Assembly (NCBI GenBank): GCA_964252035.1
Contig: OZ176212.1
Direction: 5' to 3' (one strand)
DNA length: 64,000 nucleotides
From: Podarcis erhardii
Lineage: Eukaryota
Positions 14,185 through 27,030 of the stretch are shown in pieces. The notes under the pieces are model-generated. The model worked only from the letters and a program-made list of their open reading frames with translations. It did not search any database and was not told the origin of the DNA. The number at the start of each line of letters is the position of its first letter. Within the stretch, counting starts at the first letter, position 1. The position numbers were made by a program, and so were the translations under genes.

Positions 14185-14259
14185 CCTGTTGGTAGACTGT
14201 TTCTTTAATGAGTGGATTTAATGAGCCTGCCTGTTGGTAGACTGTTTCTTTAATGAGTG
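14185..14259. repeat. 30-bp exact direct repeat, period 45
   Basis: CCTGTTGGTAGACTGTTTCTTTAATGAGTG at 14185 and 14230. Confidence 0.9.
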
Positions 14260-15737
14260 CATTTGCTATCTGCCAAGATCTTGGAAGGAAATTCCTCTCC
14301 AACTAGGGATATAAGTTAGGTTGGCCTTGCCTTTGGATATACAGGAGAAGTTAGTCTTTCTAGCCAGCGATCCTACTGATTAAACAGAGGGAGCTTCAAC
14401 GGTAAGTTCAGTTTCCCCTTTAATCACACAGCTATGTATCATTGGTGCTTTACATAATTTTTTTTAAAAAGCAGAAAGTCTAAAGCATGGGAAAGGGGCA
14501 GCAAGGAATGCAGTGTTTACAATGGAGGTAAGTATGCCTGTTGATTTGCAGCATAAAGGAGGGGGAAACCAGGCTCACATCACTGGAGAAATTAACATGT
14601 TGGCTGCCATTTTTAGGTACGTCTGTATGCGCCCAGAGGGAGGCAAAGGTTTCAAATGGAGCAAGGAGGAGGAGGGGTCTTTGATTGCTTGGCTATGTTT
14701 GCTACTACAGTCAAGACTGATGTCTGATGCTGTGGTCTAGATATCATTTTCATAAGGTATACTTGAGGCCTTTTAAAATTTCACAAAGTCCCTGCTTTGC
14801 TCTAAGAAGGCCCTTATCAACTTTTTTTTTGCTTAAAAAGAAAGGACCCATTGACCATTACCTGCTCACATATTGCTGGTATCCAGGTTGCTGAGATATT
14901 TAATGTGGCAGAGCAGCCTATTCTGTTGGTCCCTCCATAGGATGCAAATACTGCCAACTGGAGTAGTTCTCCCAGAAAGACTGATAAAATGATGAATCAG
15001 CACAGTAATTCTGTTAAGGCGGACCTTCCCCATTAAGATCATATAATATACTTAGAAGTTAATTGCACAATTAGCTTTTTTCCTTGGACCAGGCGTGCCA
15101 GCTTACTGTGCATCTGGGAATATCAAGTCCCTAAATCACTCCACTTCAGAATAGGATTGCCAGCTTTTCAGCTGGCCCCTATATGTGTGCCTTTAATAGC
15201 GGCTTAATGTACAAACATTAACAGGTGGTGATATTCATTTCCATGCTATGAAAAGGTTTGCCCTCTGCTTTCTGTGTATCAAGCTGCTGTTAAAAGCAAA
15301 AGAGCAGTCCAGACTGGGTTAGTTTTCCTCATAAATTGGCAACCCAGTTCAGGCAGCTTATGCACAAAGAGCCCTGGAGCTATCAGCAGGGATGCATCAT
15401 AGGTTTTGAAACCCCATTTGGAGAGTGATTCACGTATACCAGTTAATTCTGTTTGTTTGTTTATTTGTATTTGCCTCATCTGTTGTGCCTGTCTTGGGGA
15501 GGGAGGCTCTACTCACATGCATTTCAGCCCCTTCCTCTCAGACGCATCTCATTTTAGTAGCCTTAGAAACCTTTCTAGCTCTCATTGGCTCCTTCCAGTG
15601 AATGTGCTGGCTTCTGATGGAAGAACTTCTCCGCTTCCTTATCCTTCTCTCAGTGTCATTCACACATCTGAGCATCCACCTCTTTTCACTCCACCTCTCT
15701 CCCTCTCCCCTCTTTTTCTGCATTTCCTGGACCACAG

Positions 15738-15782
15738 TTGGGCTTTTGTAGCGTATCAGAGAAGGAAAGCCTTGCAGGCACT
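15738..15782 (+). CDS. MAPT: Candidate in-frame 45-nt tau cassette exon (LGFCSVSEKESLAGT)
   Basis: Roughly 50-nt pyrimidine tract, accacag acceptor, ACT|gtgagc donor, phase 0/0, no stop. Sequence signals only. Confidence 0.4.
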
Positions 15783-17077
15783 GTGAGCATAAGTATGACT
15801 TTTGACCCACTTGGATGGCCCTATGCTCCAGACACAGGAAGAGGAGTCCATGAATGGCAAGCAGCGTGATGAACATAGTTAAAGGGGGCAGAGAATTCAT
15901 GAGAGTGAGAAGGTTTAATGTCAGGAATAGCACTGTTCTCTCCCCCACTGATTCCCCTCCCCAAGAGACAAGTTTAAACTTTGGAATAGTTCCATTATTA
16001 TATTAGCTATCTGCTCAGGCTTGGTGACCATTCTGTAGTTGTGCCCTGAGACAGCCAGGGCATCTAGAAGGAATCCTTTCCTGTGATAACGAATTCTGCT
16101 AATGAAGTGTGAGCATCTGTTTTTCTTGGGAACAGTAAAGAATATGGGAAACACAACAGAGGTCCTCTGCTTTAGTAGCACCCCTGCACCAGCCATCACC
16201 AAGCTATACACGGTAACTTCATCTCACAATAAGTTGTTGCTTTAAGCAAAAAACCCTGCTGTCGCCACCTGATAAGGGGAGGGGGATGTAGACTCTAGAT
16301 ACCCACGCCTCTAAAGACTTCTTCTACAACTGTGGAATGGGGGTCCGCAACCCCAGCTACCCCCGATCATTTGCTGGTATTCCTGGGATTGCTTAGGGGT
16401 CTGGGAAGACTCCTGGCTATCTCTAATGTAGTGACCCAAAGGCTGTAAACGGAGCTCTTTTTCCTCCGCAGAGCCCTTAGCACTTAAGCAGGGAGTTGAG
16501 TAGGAGGGCCCAGGTGCAGGCTCCAGCCCACCCCCTCAGCACTTCTGGCTAATGAGAGAGGAGATCCAGAGGATAAAAGTTGTATCAAAGTTAAGGCCTT
16601 CTGAGAAGATCAATTTTTTTATTTAAGAAGGCACCTATGGCGACAACAGTAGCATACAAAGGCAAGAATTAACCCTGCTTTTTTGTGAAGGCAGAGTTAA
16701 GATTGGAAACTGGACAAAGCTTTCTTCCCCACTAGAATTATTTTTTGGTAAAAATCATTTGACCCTGCTTTCCAGAAGAGGAGTTAACCCATGCCTGTAT
16801 GTTCCACTCCTCTGCCGACTGACAATGGCAAAATTCATCAGCCGTCTGCTGAGTGGTATGAGACATATCGAAGTGCACACCATCTTTATTCGCTAGCTCT
16901 TGCATTCTCCATCTCTGGTTCCTGTACCTTCTTCTGCACACTGCAGTTATATTCCTGATGCTCTGTCCTCCTCCAATTCTATATGTCCCTCCCTCCCCAT
17001 TGAAGATTTTTGGTTTCATGTCATCTTATTTGACGATGCTATTTTGCATCCCACTGACCTTCTCCACCCACATGCAG

Positions 17078-17207
17078 AGAGAGAAGGGCAAGGAAGACAC
17101 GAACGGTGCTCAAAACTGCCCCAATAAGACTGGGCCTCCTTCCCCCATCACGGAGCCCTCCATCCCTGAGGAGAGCCCACTCCCCGACTTGCACCCATGT
17201 GATGCCA
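17078..17207 (+). CDS. MAPT: Candidate tau cassette exon '12A' encoding an alternative C-terminus
   Basis: Branch point CTGAC 17054-17058, pyrimidine tract, atgcag acceptor, perfect GTAAGT donor 17208-17213. 130 nt, open in phase 0: REKGKEDTNGAQNCPNKTGPPSPITEPSIPEESPLPDLHPCDA+A. Confidence 0.75.
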
Positions 17208-17916
17208 GTAAGTAGTTACCTGTTCTCATGAGCTTTGTGAGAGCTAGATGGGAATCAGATGCCCAGAGCTTGGAGGGTGTGGGGTGGTAAGGCATCATAC
17301 TAGTTTTCTCTGATTTTTGTTAGATTGAAAACCTGGTGTTCTGTACTAACCCTAGCAGCTTAATGTGAAAAAAACCCCTGTACTTAAAAAATATTTTGGA
17401 CTATCAGACCTCTATCACCATTTCACCTATCTGCAAGATTGGCTGCTGGGATCTTTCATCTGGCATGGTTTCAAGATAAGGGATGCCCAGTTTGATAGGA
17501 GACTCAACTTCTTTGCCTGAAAACATTCATAAATTTATTTGGATAGGTCACCTTTTCATAACATGGTAGTACAATTCTGGGAGAAGCTGCTTTTGAAAGA
17601 AGTTGACATTTTTGTATGTTCCATTTCATAGGCTCATAGCACACAGTTTGCATACAACTTCTGTCTATATGAAGCAATGTAGGATTCCTAGATCAAGGAA
17701 ACATGGATATCAATATTTTTTTAATTAAAAAAAATGTCAGCCAAGCAAATGAGTGGGACTGCCCTTATAACAACACACTAAAAACTGAGCCTGGATTTTC
17801 CTAATTCTGAGCATACATCAGTGTTTTGCCAAAGCAGCGGCGATGGGGAGAAGAGGAGCTGCGGCTGAACGAACCACTTTGGCATACCAGTCAAACGCTA
17901 GTGAAGGTATAGCTGA

Positions 17917-18219
<303 letters not shown>

Positions 18220-19671
18220 TTGTGTTAAAGTGGGTGGAGAGAATAAGAAGAGAAGAATCCACTCTGGCCTTTCTTCCTCTGTTCTGTTTTACATCTTCAT
18301 TCCCCACCATTCCTTAATTTATTTCGTTTTTTATATTAATGGGCTAACTCTTTTAACCTGGTTCCCTGTCCCCCTTGCCATTTATTCATCTGTGGTCTCA
18401 GGATTTCAAAATTAGTAACAGTATGAAAACAAATATTTCTTACTATATCTCAGTCTAGAGAAAGACATCATTTCACCACTTGCTCCTAAACAAAAGGAAA
18501 TGTAATTGTTAGGAAAATTTGTGCTGCATAGGATATAAGCTTGAGAAAGAGGGTTGGTATCTGCCTCTGTTGATGAGCAGCAGCTAACCAAGTTTGTCCC
18601 CATGAACAGAGAAAAGAGCCTATATTGCTGTGGGATTGTTTAGTAACCTTCTTCAAGAACACCTGCTGTTTTGCATTTTGTTACAGGTATGTGTGATAGT
18701 GTAAGTCTAAAGCAGATATCAACTGCATACACAGGATTTGCAGTGTGAAATATCCCCTACTTCAGTCCTCAGGGAATTAGTCTTCAGAATCTCATCTCTG
18801 CAGGGGGACATGTTTCTATGCTGGGAAGGGGGCAAATGCCTTTTATTTTAAGTTTTCTTGAATGGGGTTTGACTAGAGCCATACCACTGCATGCAAGGGC
18901 CAATGCATTGGCCTGATACCTTTGAATTACAAGAGCAAACAGCATTGAAATCCTGCCAGCTCCCTCAACTATGGTTCAAATGATGCATACTGAGGAGCAA
19001 AGTGACGCTTGCCTCATGCGATTCTCCTTTGGGGATACTGTTTTTGCAAATGTAGGGACATTAAAAGCAATTTTTCATACTATTTGACTATTACTACCAC
19101 TTTTCTCCCCTCTTCCACTTGCCTGCCTTCTTTCTCATCTTTCCAGCCTAAAAAATGCCACAAGTTCCATGCCCGTCTCTTTGCTCTTGCTGTAACATTT
19201 GCAGGTTGGCTCAAAGGACTTGGTAGGCGTTCTTGGGGGAGGGGAGCAAGGAGGTTTGTGGGTTTCAGATTTGCTCCTTGTGTTCAGTCCGATAAGCATG
19301 GCTGTTTCTCTTGGTTTTCATGACAAAATTGTGGTTGTAAGTAGAAATTTGTGAGGTAGAGGTGTGGTTCTAGGGTTTTTTGTTAAATGAGATAGGTGCA
19401 CTTAAGTGCAAGTGCATGGGGGAAGAAGGGTAACTTCCTGGAAGGGCGTGCATGTGGGAATAGGTGCACCTTTTAGAATCAAGAGTCTTTCATAATAGTT
19501 GCATATATCTGATGCTCTCTTCATCGCATGCATGTTTGTTCCTCAGTACGTGCATCTGTGGAAGAAGCATCACAAATCATAGACACCAAAAGGTTTCGTT
19601 ATCACCTCCAATACTTTTCCATGAAGATTGTTCACCCTTTCAGTTATGAGTACTCAAGCATTGCTCATGTA

Positions 19672-19947
19672 CAGTGGTGCCTCGCAAGATGAAATTAATC
19701 CGTTCCGCGAGTCTCTTCGTCTTGCGGTTTTTTCGTCTTGCGAAGCACGGCTATTAGCGGATTAGCGGCTTAGCGGCTAAGAAAAAGGGGGGGGAGGGGA
19801 AAAACTCGCAAGAGCTCGCAAGACGTTTCGTCTTCCGAAGCAAGCCCATAGAGAAATTCGTCTTGCGAAGCACCTCAAAAGACGGAAAACTCTTTCGTCT
19901 AGCGAGTTTTTCGTCTTGCGAGGCATTCGTCTTGCGGGGCACCACTG
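19672..19947. mobile_element. Tc1/mariner-type MITE inside the MAPT 3'UTR
   Basis: 22-bp TIRs CAGTGGTGCCTCGCAAGATGAA with two differences, TA TSD, internal TTCGTCTTGCG repeats, high CpG. Confidence 0.9.
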
Positions 19948-22900
19948 TAGTATGAACAAGTCCCCAAACTTGGGTGTGCATGCTCCAAGGGAAACCTACA
20001 GCACAATGCAACCAGCAGGAATCTATTTCCCATATTTTCTGAAAAGGTGCCAGAGAATTCAAGTTTTCACAGGTGGGGGGGGGGGGAGTCCAAAACTAGC
20101 ACACTGTGCAGAAGTGTCTGAATAATGACTGTTTCTGAACATAACCTGCATATGTGTACTGGCTCAAGAAGCTATCATACTAGCAGAAAGAGCTCTTTCC
20201 CTCACCTGTCAAAGTTGGAAGACTAATTGCATTTGTAGTACAGATTCCAGGGTCATCCTTACAAACCCTTCCCCCCTTGGCTGTTTAAAAAACATTTACG
20301 GTACGAGTTGTAGCTGTGCATCTACCTAGGCTAAGTGAAAATCCTTTAATTTCAGAGAGTACTTTGCCTTTTGTGAATGGCTATTCCTCCCTGCCACTGC
20401 CTTTATCATCTGATAGAATCTTTCTCTCTCCCGTCCTCTCAAATTTCCATCCTTCAGATGTAAGTTCCCAAGCAACACAGGCTTTGCAAAACATAGCCTA
20501 GTTTATTGGAGTACTACCTGAAACACTGAACAGCAACAGAGCTCCTATTAGAATTATGACACAATCTATTGCATGAACGGTTGTAAATAATACAGATTTT
20601 ATAAGGCAGTCCCACCACCACTTATACATTACAGTTGGAATTGTCTGGATGTGTTTGGAAATTTCCAAGTGAGAGGATAAGATGGTTTAAGTAAAACAAA
20701 ACACACAAACCCAAGAAGCGGGGGGGGGGGGTCTCAAATTGGTGATAGCATACATGGCTTTTTAAGAGTAAGTTCACAAATATGGCAACAGAGGCCTGAC
20801 CCTCAGAGCTAGGTCCAATAAGGAACTGTGGTGTAGGTTTACAGCATAGTATTTAAAGCTTGGCAAGGCATATATTATCTGAGTTTGCCAAACTGATGGT
20901 GGTTGTTGGTGACTGGGTGGCAGCCTCTAAGTGAATCAGGTGTCTTGTCATGGGTGCAGAAGATTCTGCAACAGCTAAGGATCATAGCATGCAGAATTAG
21001 AATCACAGAACTGTAGAGTTGGGAGGACAGTGCTCATAGTGATTAAGAATTTCCTCTTCCTGTTCTCTCCATTTCCTCAAATAGTCTTGCTACCCAACTT
21101 GTGCATCTGTTTGTACTGAGGTGGGGAATCTGTGGCACTGGATGTGGTGCTAGTCCACAGCTCCCATCATCCCTGATCATTGACCATGTTGTTGGGGACT
21201 GGTAGGGAGTCAAGTCTACCTTCTTCTGAAAAGCTACTGGCTCCGCACCTCCATATGATGGTGGACTCAACTCCCCATCTGCCCAAGCCAGCAGAGTAAA
21301 TGGTCAAGAATAATGGAAAGCTATAGACCAGCAGCAGCTGGAAGTCCACAGCCCCACTGCTGCCACATAATTATTCCAAAATCCCACACCATTGTGAAAC
21401 AAATCTTCTGTACCCTAGCCAGAGCAGCCTTTGTACAATGCCACATACCTAGGCATTCAAGGATATTGGAGGAATGTTTGTGGAAACTGCAGCTGCTCAA
21501 AAAACCCCCCAGAGAATATTTGGGGGGGAAACTTGCAAAGCGGGCTTCTATTTCTAAGTGGTGGTGAAAAGAAAAATCTTTTAAAATTTTCTTTGCATGT
21601 TTTTCTGAGAAAATGTCTGATGCTGTGTTCAAATTTCAAGCCAACGCCGGTTGCTAAACTTAATACATTCCTTGTGAGATAAGACACCTTGAAGATGGGC
21701 TGTGTGCATGTGTTTTTGTCCTTGTTAGGCTGAGTCGGGACTAAGGCTTTCTGCTTTAGGAGTACCACCTTGCAAAGTCTGTTGCTGCCTTTGCTTGCTT
21801 ATTGTTTTGAGCCATGGATAAAATCAGTTCAACTAATTGTTGGGAAGTACAGACTGTCCATTGTTTCTGTAAGCAAAAGTATTTTGTGGAATGAAGTGGA
21901 AAAAAAAAAGTTGAGTAAGTTGTGACTAAGATGGAAGATGGGATAGCATGGGAGAAGAACCGATTAGGTTCAAGAATGTTACTTTGTTGGCTATCACTGT
22001 ACTGCAGTACCAATGTGGTAGGCAGGGTTCTTCAGAAAGATCAGCATATTGGTCACCTTTCAACAATTTCCAGTAACTCTATGATACTGTATTTAAAAAT
22101 AAAGCCTGCAGTTGTATTACTTTAGGATGTGAGGAAGCTTAATATGCCTGAAGTGAACAAATGTGAGATTTTTCCCACTGAGTGCATATACCATGTCACT
22201 GAGATTCTTTTCTGTTTGCATTAGGGGATTGAGCTAGGGCTGGAAAAAGTCATCTTTTGTCAGTTTTTGTATTGGCTTAAGCTGTAAATAAAACAATAGC
22301 CCTCTTTATTCAGTATGAAGCAACAAAAACAAACACAAAGTTATATTTGAGATCATTTGACTCCCCGATTCTCCTGAATATTAACAGCCCTTGCCTTCAT
22401 CCATTTATTTCACTGCTCAAATCTTCCCCTTCCCCGAGCATAGGATCAACCATTGAAACATTCTGAGTTATTTTCCCCCACCCCAAATTTAGCCATCTCC
22501 CTAAGTCATAATATCTGTTTTCAAACATGGATTTTGATTGTCTTTATGGCTCATTTTAGGATGCATAATGGCATCAGTTTTATAGAGGGTTAGACCCATG
22601 AGGGTTCCAATCGAGGGCCATGTTGAATTGACTGGCTGGTGTCTTGTCTTGGTATATAAATATACATATCTAGGGGGTTGGAAAAGTGTTAAAATTTGAC
22701 AGGTGAAAATCATGGTTTTGAAAGTTAAAGAGGAAAAAAAATGGGCTTTTTGTCATGAACTTGAAAGTATGAAAAAGGGACAATGGAGTTTGGAAGGCTC
22801 AACAAATTCCCTTTTAAGTTTCACGGGGGTGGGGAAACGGGGTGGGAGGGGGTGGGAAAGGAGTAAGATCTCCATATGATCATCCTAGCTTAGCTACCTG

Positions 22901-22975
22901 TCTGTGACTGTCCATATTGTACTTGTGTGTTATAACAACTGGTTTACATCGACTTGCTGTAAAAGTGAATTTGGA

Positions 22976-22981
22976 AATAAA
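22976..22981 (+). terminator. MAPT: MAPT distal polyadenylation signal AATAAA (other AATAAA at 22098 and 22287)
   Basis: Canonical hexamer within the conserved terminal block. Confidence 0.8.
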
Positions 22982-23534
22982 GAATTCATTACTACAATAT
23001 TAAACGAGCTTTGCCTTTGTTGGAGGGAAATGGTGGAGACTGGGGTAGCGCAGAAGTCACACTGTTCTTGCCGGAACTAACAGACAGATGTTTGTTAGCA
23101 CTGTTCCAGTTTCATAAACTTAGGCCTTTGTAAATTCTTACCACATCATTAAACTGAAAAATGTTCCTGTGAAGATGGTACTTCCAGAATTCCTGTTTTT
23201 GCTTTCATTCATTTTAAGCTGAGTTCTCATCATCTGGATAAGACCACTCATCCCCCTCTATGGGCATGGCAAGACCTTTTTGTATTGAAGGCTGTATTCA
23301 CCCTTGGGTAATTCTCCAGGAATCATGTGGCAGTAATGAGCATAACAAAAAAGTGGCTTGCATCTTCACCAGGCTGCTGGGCTAGGCAGAAAGGTATCTA
23401 CCTCAGCACCATGGCTACCACCATTTTATAATATTCTGGGGGAAAGCCTGTCTTTGAAAATGCTAGTTTCAAAAAAGAAATTTTAAAAATGGTGATTTAA
23501 AAGTTTAGTCACATTCTTAAAGCCATTGCTTGCT

Positions 23535-25598
23535 TTTATTCCTTGATAATTTCAATCGATACCTCTGCATCCTCACTAATCTCTAATAATAGCACTCATC
23601 CAACTGTTATTTCCCAAAGAAGAGATTTAGCACACAGTTTTCTTAACTTTTTAATTTTTTTAATCTTTTTTTTTTTATAAGCACACATTTGTGCTTTGGC
23701 CAACAGAATCAAGACATTAAACAAAGATCAGCTTCTCTGAAGAAAAGCGTTTCTATATAACAAGGACATTACACAGCTTGAAGCAGGAAAAGAAATATTT
23801 ACAAAATACAAGGTGGTTTTTTTCTGGATTTTTCCTTTATAACGCTAAGAGGGTTATTCAGAATTTTCAACCTTATAAATAGAAAAGCACTTAATGCAGA
23901 GGGATATGGTAGCATTGGGTTTTTCCTCTTCTTAAAAAGAAATTAACTAGAACAGAACCAAAAACATTAGGTAATGTTGAAAATTGTGAAAAAACCCCAA
24001 CCATTAAGCAGTTTAGCTACTATTTCGTTACGATTACAAAATGAGAAAAAATGTATTTTTTTCCTTTTTTGGTGATGTGATTAATACAGAAGACAGGCGC
24101 AATGCTAACAACAGGACAGGGACCAACAGCCACACCGCTAGGGGTCAGAAAAACATTACAGGTGGATCGGTGTGCAGAATCTGGGAGCCACTGGGGATGT
24201 GATGTGAACGGCCTCTTTAAATTAAAAAACAAAACAAAGTGATTTTTAAAATTTCCAAACCTGTTGAGCTTGTCAATAGCCAGCCCAAGAAGTTATGAGA
24301 AAGAGGAAAGAAAACTTGACGGAGAAGTTTACTTTTGAACTAAGGGGTGTGTGGAAGTGGAGTTAAGCAGTAGTGGTGAAAAACAAAGTCCTATCTTTCT
24401 CCAGGAAAAAAAAGTTGAAAACAATTTAGATACTCAAACATAGCTTAAAATATAAGATGTAATCTCAAGCAATGCATAGACCATATATTTCTATATAGGG
24501 TGGGGGGAAAACAATGAATTTTACGACACTTGCTAAAATATGGCTTGTGAATCTGGGGTGGCAAGTTCCTGAATCCTGCTGACATCCCTCTCAGTATTTT
24601 AAGGCTTAACACTACTGTATTGCAACTGAGCAGCAGAAGAAATACAACCTACTGCAACTTTCAGACTAATGGGCAAAGTGCAAAATTAAAAAGGGAATAC
24701 TGAAGTGTTAATAACTTGACAGCATTTAAAGGAGAGGGGAGAATGACAGCCCCCCCGCCAAAAAAAAATTCTAGATGGGCTGACAGCCTTTTCCCTGCTC
24801 CTAACTTGGGGAGGGATTAACCAGCACAGTATGAACTGAATAAAACTGATTTTTAAAAAAATAAAATCACATCCAGGGTACTGATAGGGAATTGCCTTTT
24901 CTTGTACAAATCTTTTAACATGGAGAGATGGTCTGAAAAGCAGCAACAAACAGCAGAATGGATTAATAAATGTAACACAGGGTGAAGGAACTGGAGGGGA
25001 AGAGCTTCTTCTTCTTCTTCTTCTTCTAGCCCACAAAGTGGGAAGCCATCTCTTTTGGGTGCAGCTTCAGGGAGAGTTTGCATTGCAAGTGCATTCTAGT
25101 GCCACTGCGGCCCAAAAGCAGAAACAGATAGTGAGGGAAGTTGTACTCAGAAGACGTCACTTTTCACCACTAATTTCACTCCACTAAAATCTTGGGGGAG
25201 GGGCACAGTGATGGTGGTAAGGTGAGGAGAACAGACACCAAACAGAAGAAAAAGAAAAAAGGAGAAAGAAAGAAAAGCCTTTCACCAGAGAACCAATTCC
25301 AGGGGTCACTTGGCCAGCTTCACCCTCCTGTTTGTGGAGTGTACACCTAAAGCATGGGAAAGGGGAGACAAGTTTGCTCTCCTCATTAGACCACACAGCA
25401 CTGGATAAAAGGTGTGCGTGACAAGGAAACATGGAAAGAAAGAAAGAAAAATAAAACAGTTTCTAAACTCCTTAAATTCACTAAAAACTGTGAAAATTCC
25501 CGGCAGGATGTTTGAATATCAAACGCAGATTTCAGAAGCTTTAATGCCAAGAGTTAGTTTGGTGGATTGCTTTTTGCTCTCATCTTCCTGTCCATCTC
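23535..25598 (-). other. KANSL1: KANSL1 3'UTR (poly(A) signal candidates: ATTAAA x2 near 23650-23665, AATAAA at 23535-23540 on -)
   Basis: Lies downstream of stop TAA 25599-25601 on -, and the hexamers are seen directly. The true end is uncertain. Confidence 0.65.
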
Positions 25599-25826
25599 TT
25601 ATCTGTGGGTTGGCCGCTGAACTGTGGCCACGGCCCCTGGATTCCGGCTCTTGAGGCAAGCGAGGGTGGGCGAGGTGGGAGCTCCGTCTGTTTCCCGGGA
25701 AGGCTTGCTGCCGGAGGTGCGCCGCGTGGACCGTGAGGCCCGGTCGTGCGGATCCAACTGGTCCTCGCACTCTGTCTTGGGGTTGTAGGACAGTGGGAAG
25801 TGGCGTCGTTCCCAGGGCTGTACAGT
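25599..25826 (-). CDS. KANSL1: KANSL1 exon 15 (last coding exon)
   Basis: gcttttcag|ACT GTA CAG... 228 nt. Translates [75 protein letters not shown]. Confidence 0.96.
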   Translation of the reverse strand, partial: TVQPWERRHFPLSYNPKTECEDQLDPHDRASRSTRRTSGSKPSRETDGAPTSPTLACLKSRNPGAVATVQRPTHR

Positions 25827-27030
25827 CTGAAAAGCAACCGAAGAATGGTCAGGGGGGCTTCAACATCGATCTGCACGGCATCTGCACACCCTTTAGAACA
25901 CATCAAACCATTATCTCTGTAGCTAAGTCCCAGACACACAGTTCACTACAGAAATCTGTACGGCAATATTAATTGAGGCGTTTTCCGAGAAATGTGTTGC
26001 CCGGTTGGGAAATGAACGGGAGTTGGGACAGTTAGCACCAACCCTGAATTGGGGCCTTTATAGAGTCCTTGCCTTGTCCAAATTTTTCTTGGAAATCTCC
26101 AGGAGGTATCCCCCAACTTCCCTGGGCAATGTATACATTCTCTTCCCATACACAAATCTTCCCAATATTTAACCTAAATCTTCCATCCCTGAATCTTCAG
26201 GCACTGACAGCAACCTGCTCTTCTTCCAATAAATGTGCAACAACCTTGCAACCTTCTCAAGAAATGTGCAACATCCTTGCAACCTTCTCAAAGGATGGGA
26301 GTTAATTGTCTTGACTGAGGCACCCCTTACCAACACCTGGAACCAAACCACTACCTATACATCTTTCCTAAATAGTTTTTATCTAGCAGGATAGCTGTAT
26401 TCCACACTGCTGTGCTCCACTCCACCAGGCTTCAGTTACGCCCACTATATCTCATAGGCTTTTGTCGGCAACTAAGTACTCCTATCTTCTCCTGGCCCAT
26501 CTTGGTTCAGAAGTGTCTGGTAGACCCTTCTGGTACCCTGAAGATGTTGTTCTGCCATTATTTTCCATTGGCCATATTAGCTGGGGCTGAGAGCTGTTGT
26601 CCGAAACATGTGGTAACCCTGGCTGGGGAAGGTTGTTCCATTATCAGCATAAACAAGGGATGGAAGCTGTGGCCCTTCAGAGATTGGCCAAGCTGGCTGA
26701 TGCGGAAGAGAGTTAAGTCTAACACCAGAAGGCCCCTGGCATAACCTCACCTGTGAACACTGACAGATTGATAGCAGTTCCACTGAGAAATTGCGCCCAG
26801 TGCTTTTGTTAAGACAATTTTTGCACACAGATGGACTGGGGAAGGGGCCCCTGCTTTCTGTCCAGAAAGTAAAACCCCACTCTAACTACAGGCGCCCTGA
26901 AAACCCGTTATTGGAGGGCGGGGAAGAGAAATTGCCTTCTTCACAGTAGACATTACTTGTCTGTCAACACAACTCATTAATATTACCACCTAGAATGCTA
27001 AGCAAAGCCGCAAAGAAACCCACCACCCAC

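Larger units (their letters stand above)
18220..23000 (+). other. MAPT: MAPT long 3'UTR
   Basis: Runs from the stop codon to AATAAA at 22976. The terminal block ttgctgtaaaagtgaatttggaaataaag matches the recalled end of mammalian MAPT mRNA. The exact cleavage site is approximate. Confidence 0.8.

Noticed and set aside
16450-16520. Strong acceptor ctttttcctccgcag at 16471 in MAPT intron 12
   Set aside because: Immediate in-frame stop (AGC CCT TAG) and only a weak donor, so support is insufficient.
18898-18913. Short perfect inverted repeats (GGCCAATGCATTGGCC here; a 10-bp stem at 9361-9391)
   Set aside because: Isolated and short, with no supporting context.
25519-25939. KANSL1 last exon is open in all three - strand frames
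   Set aside because: Expected for a short GC-rich exon, with no independent evidence of dual coding.
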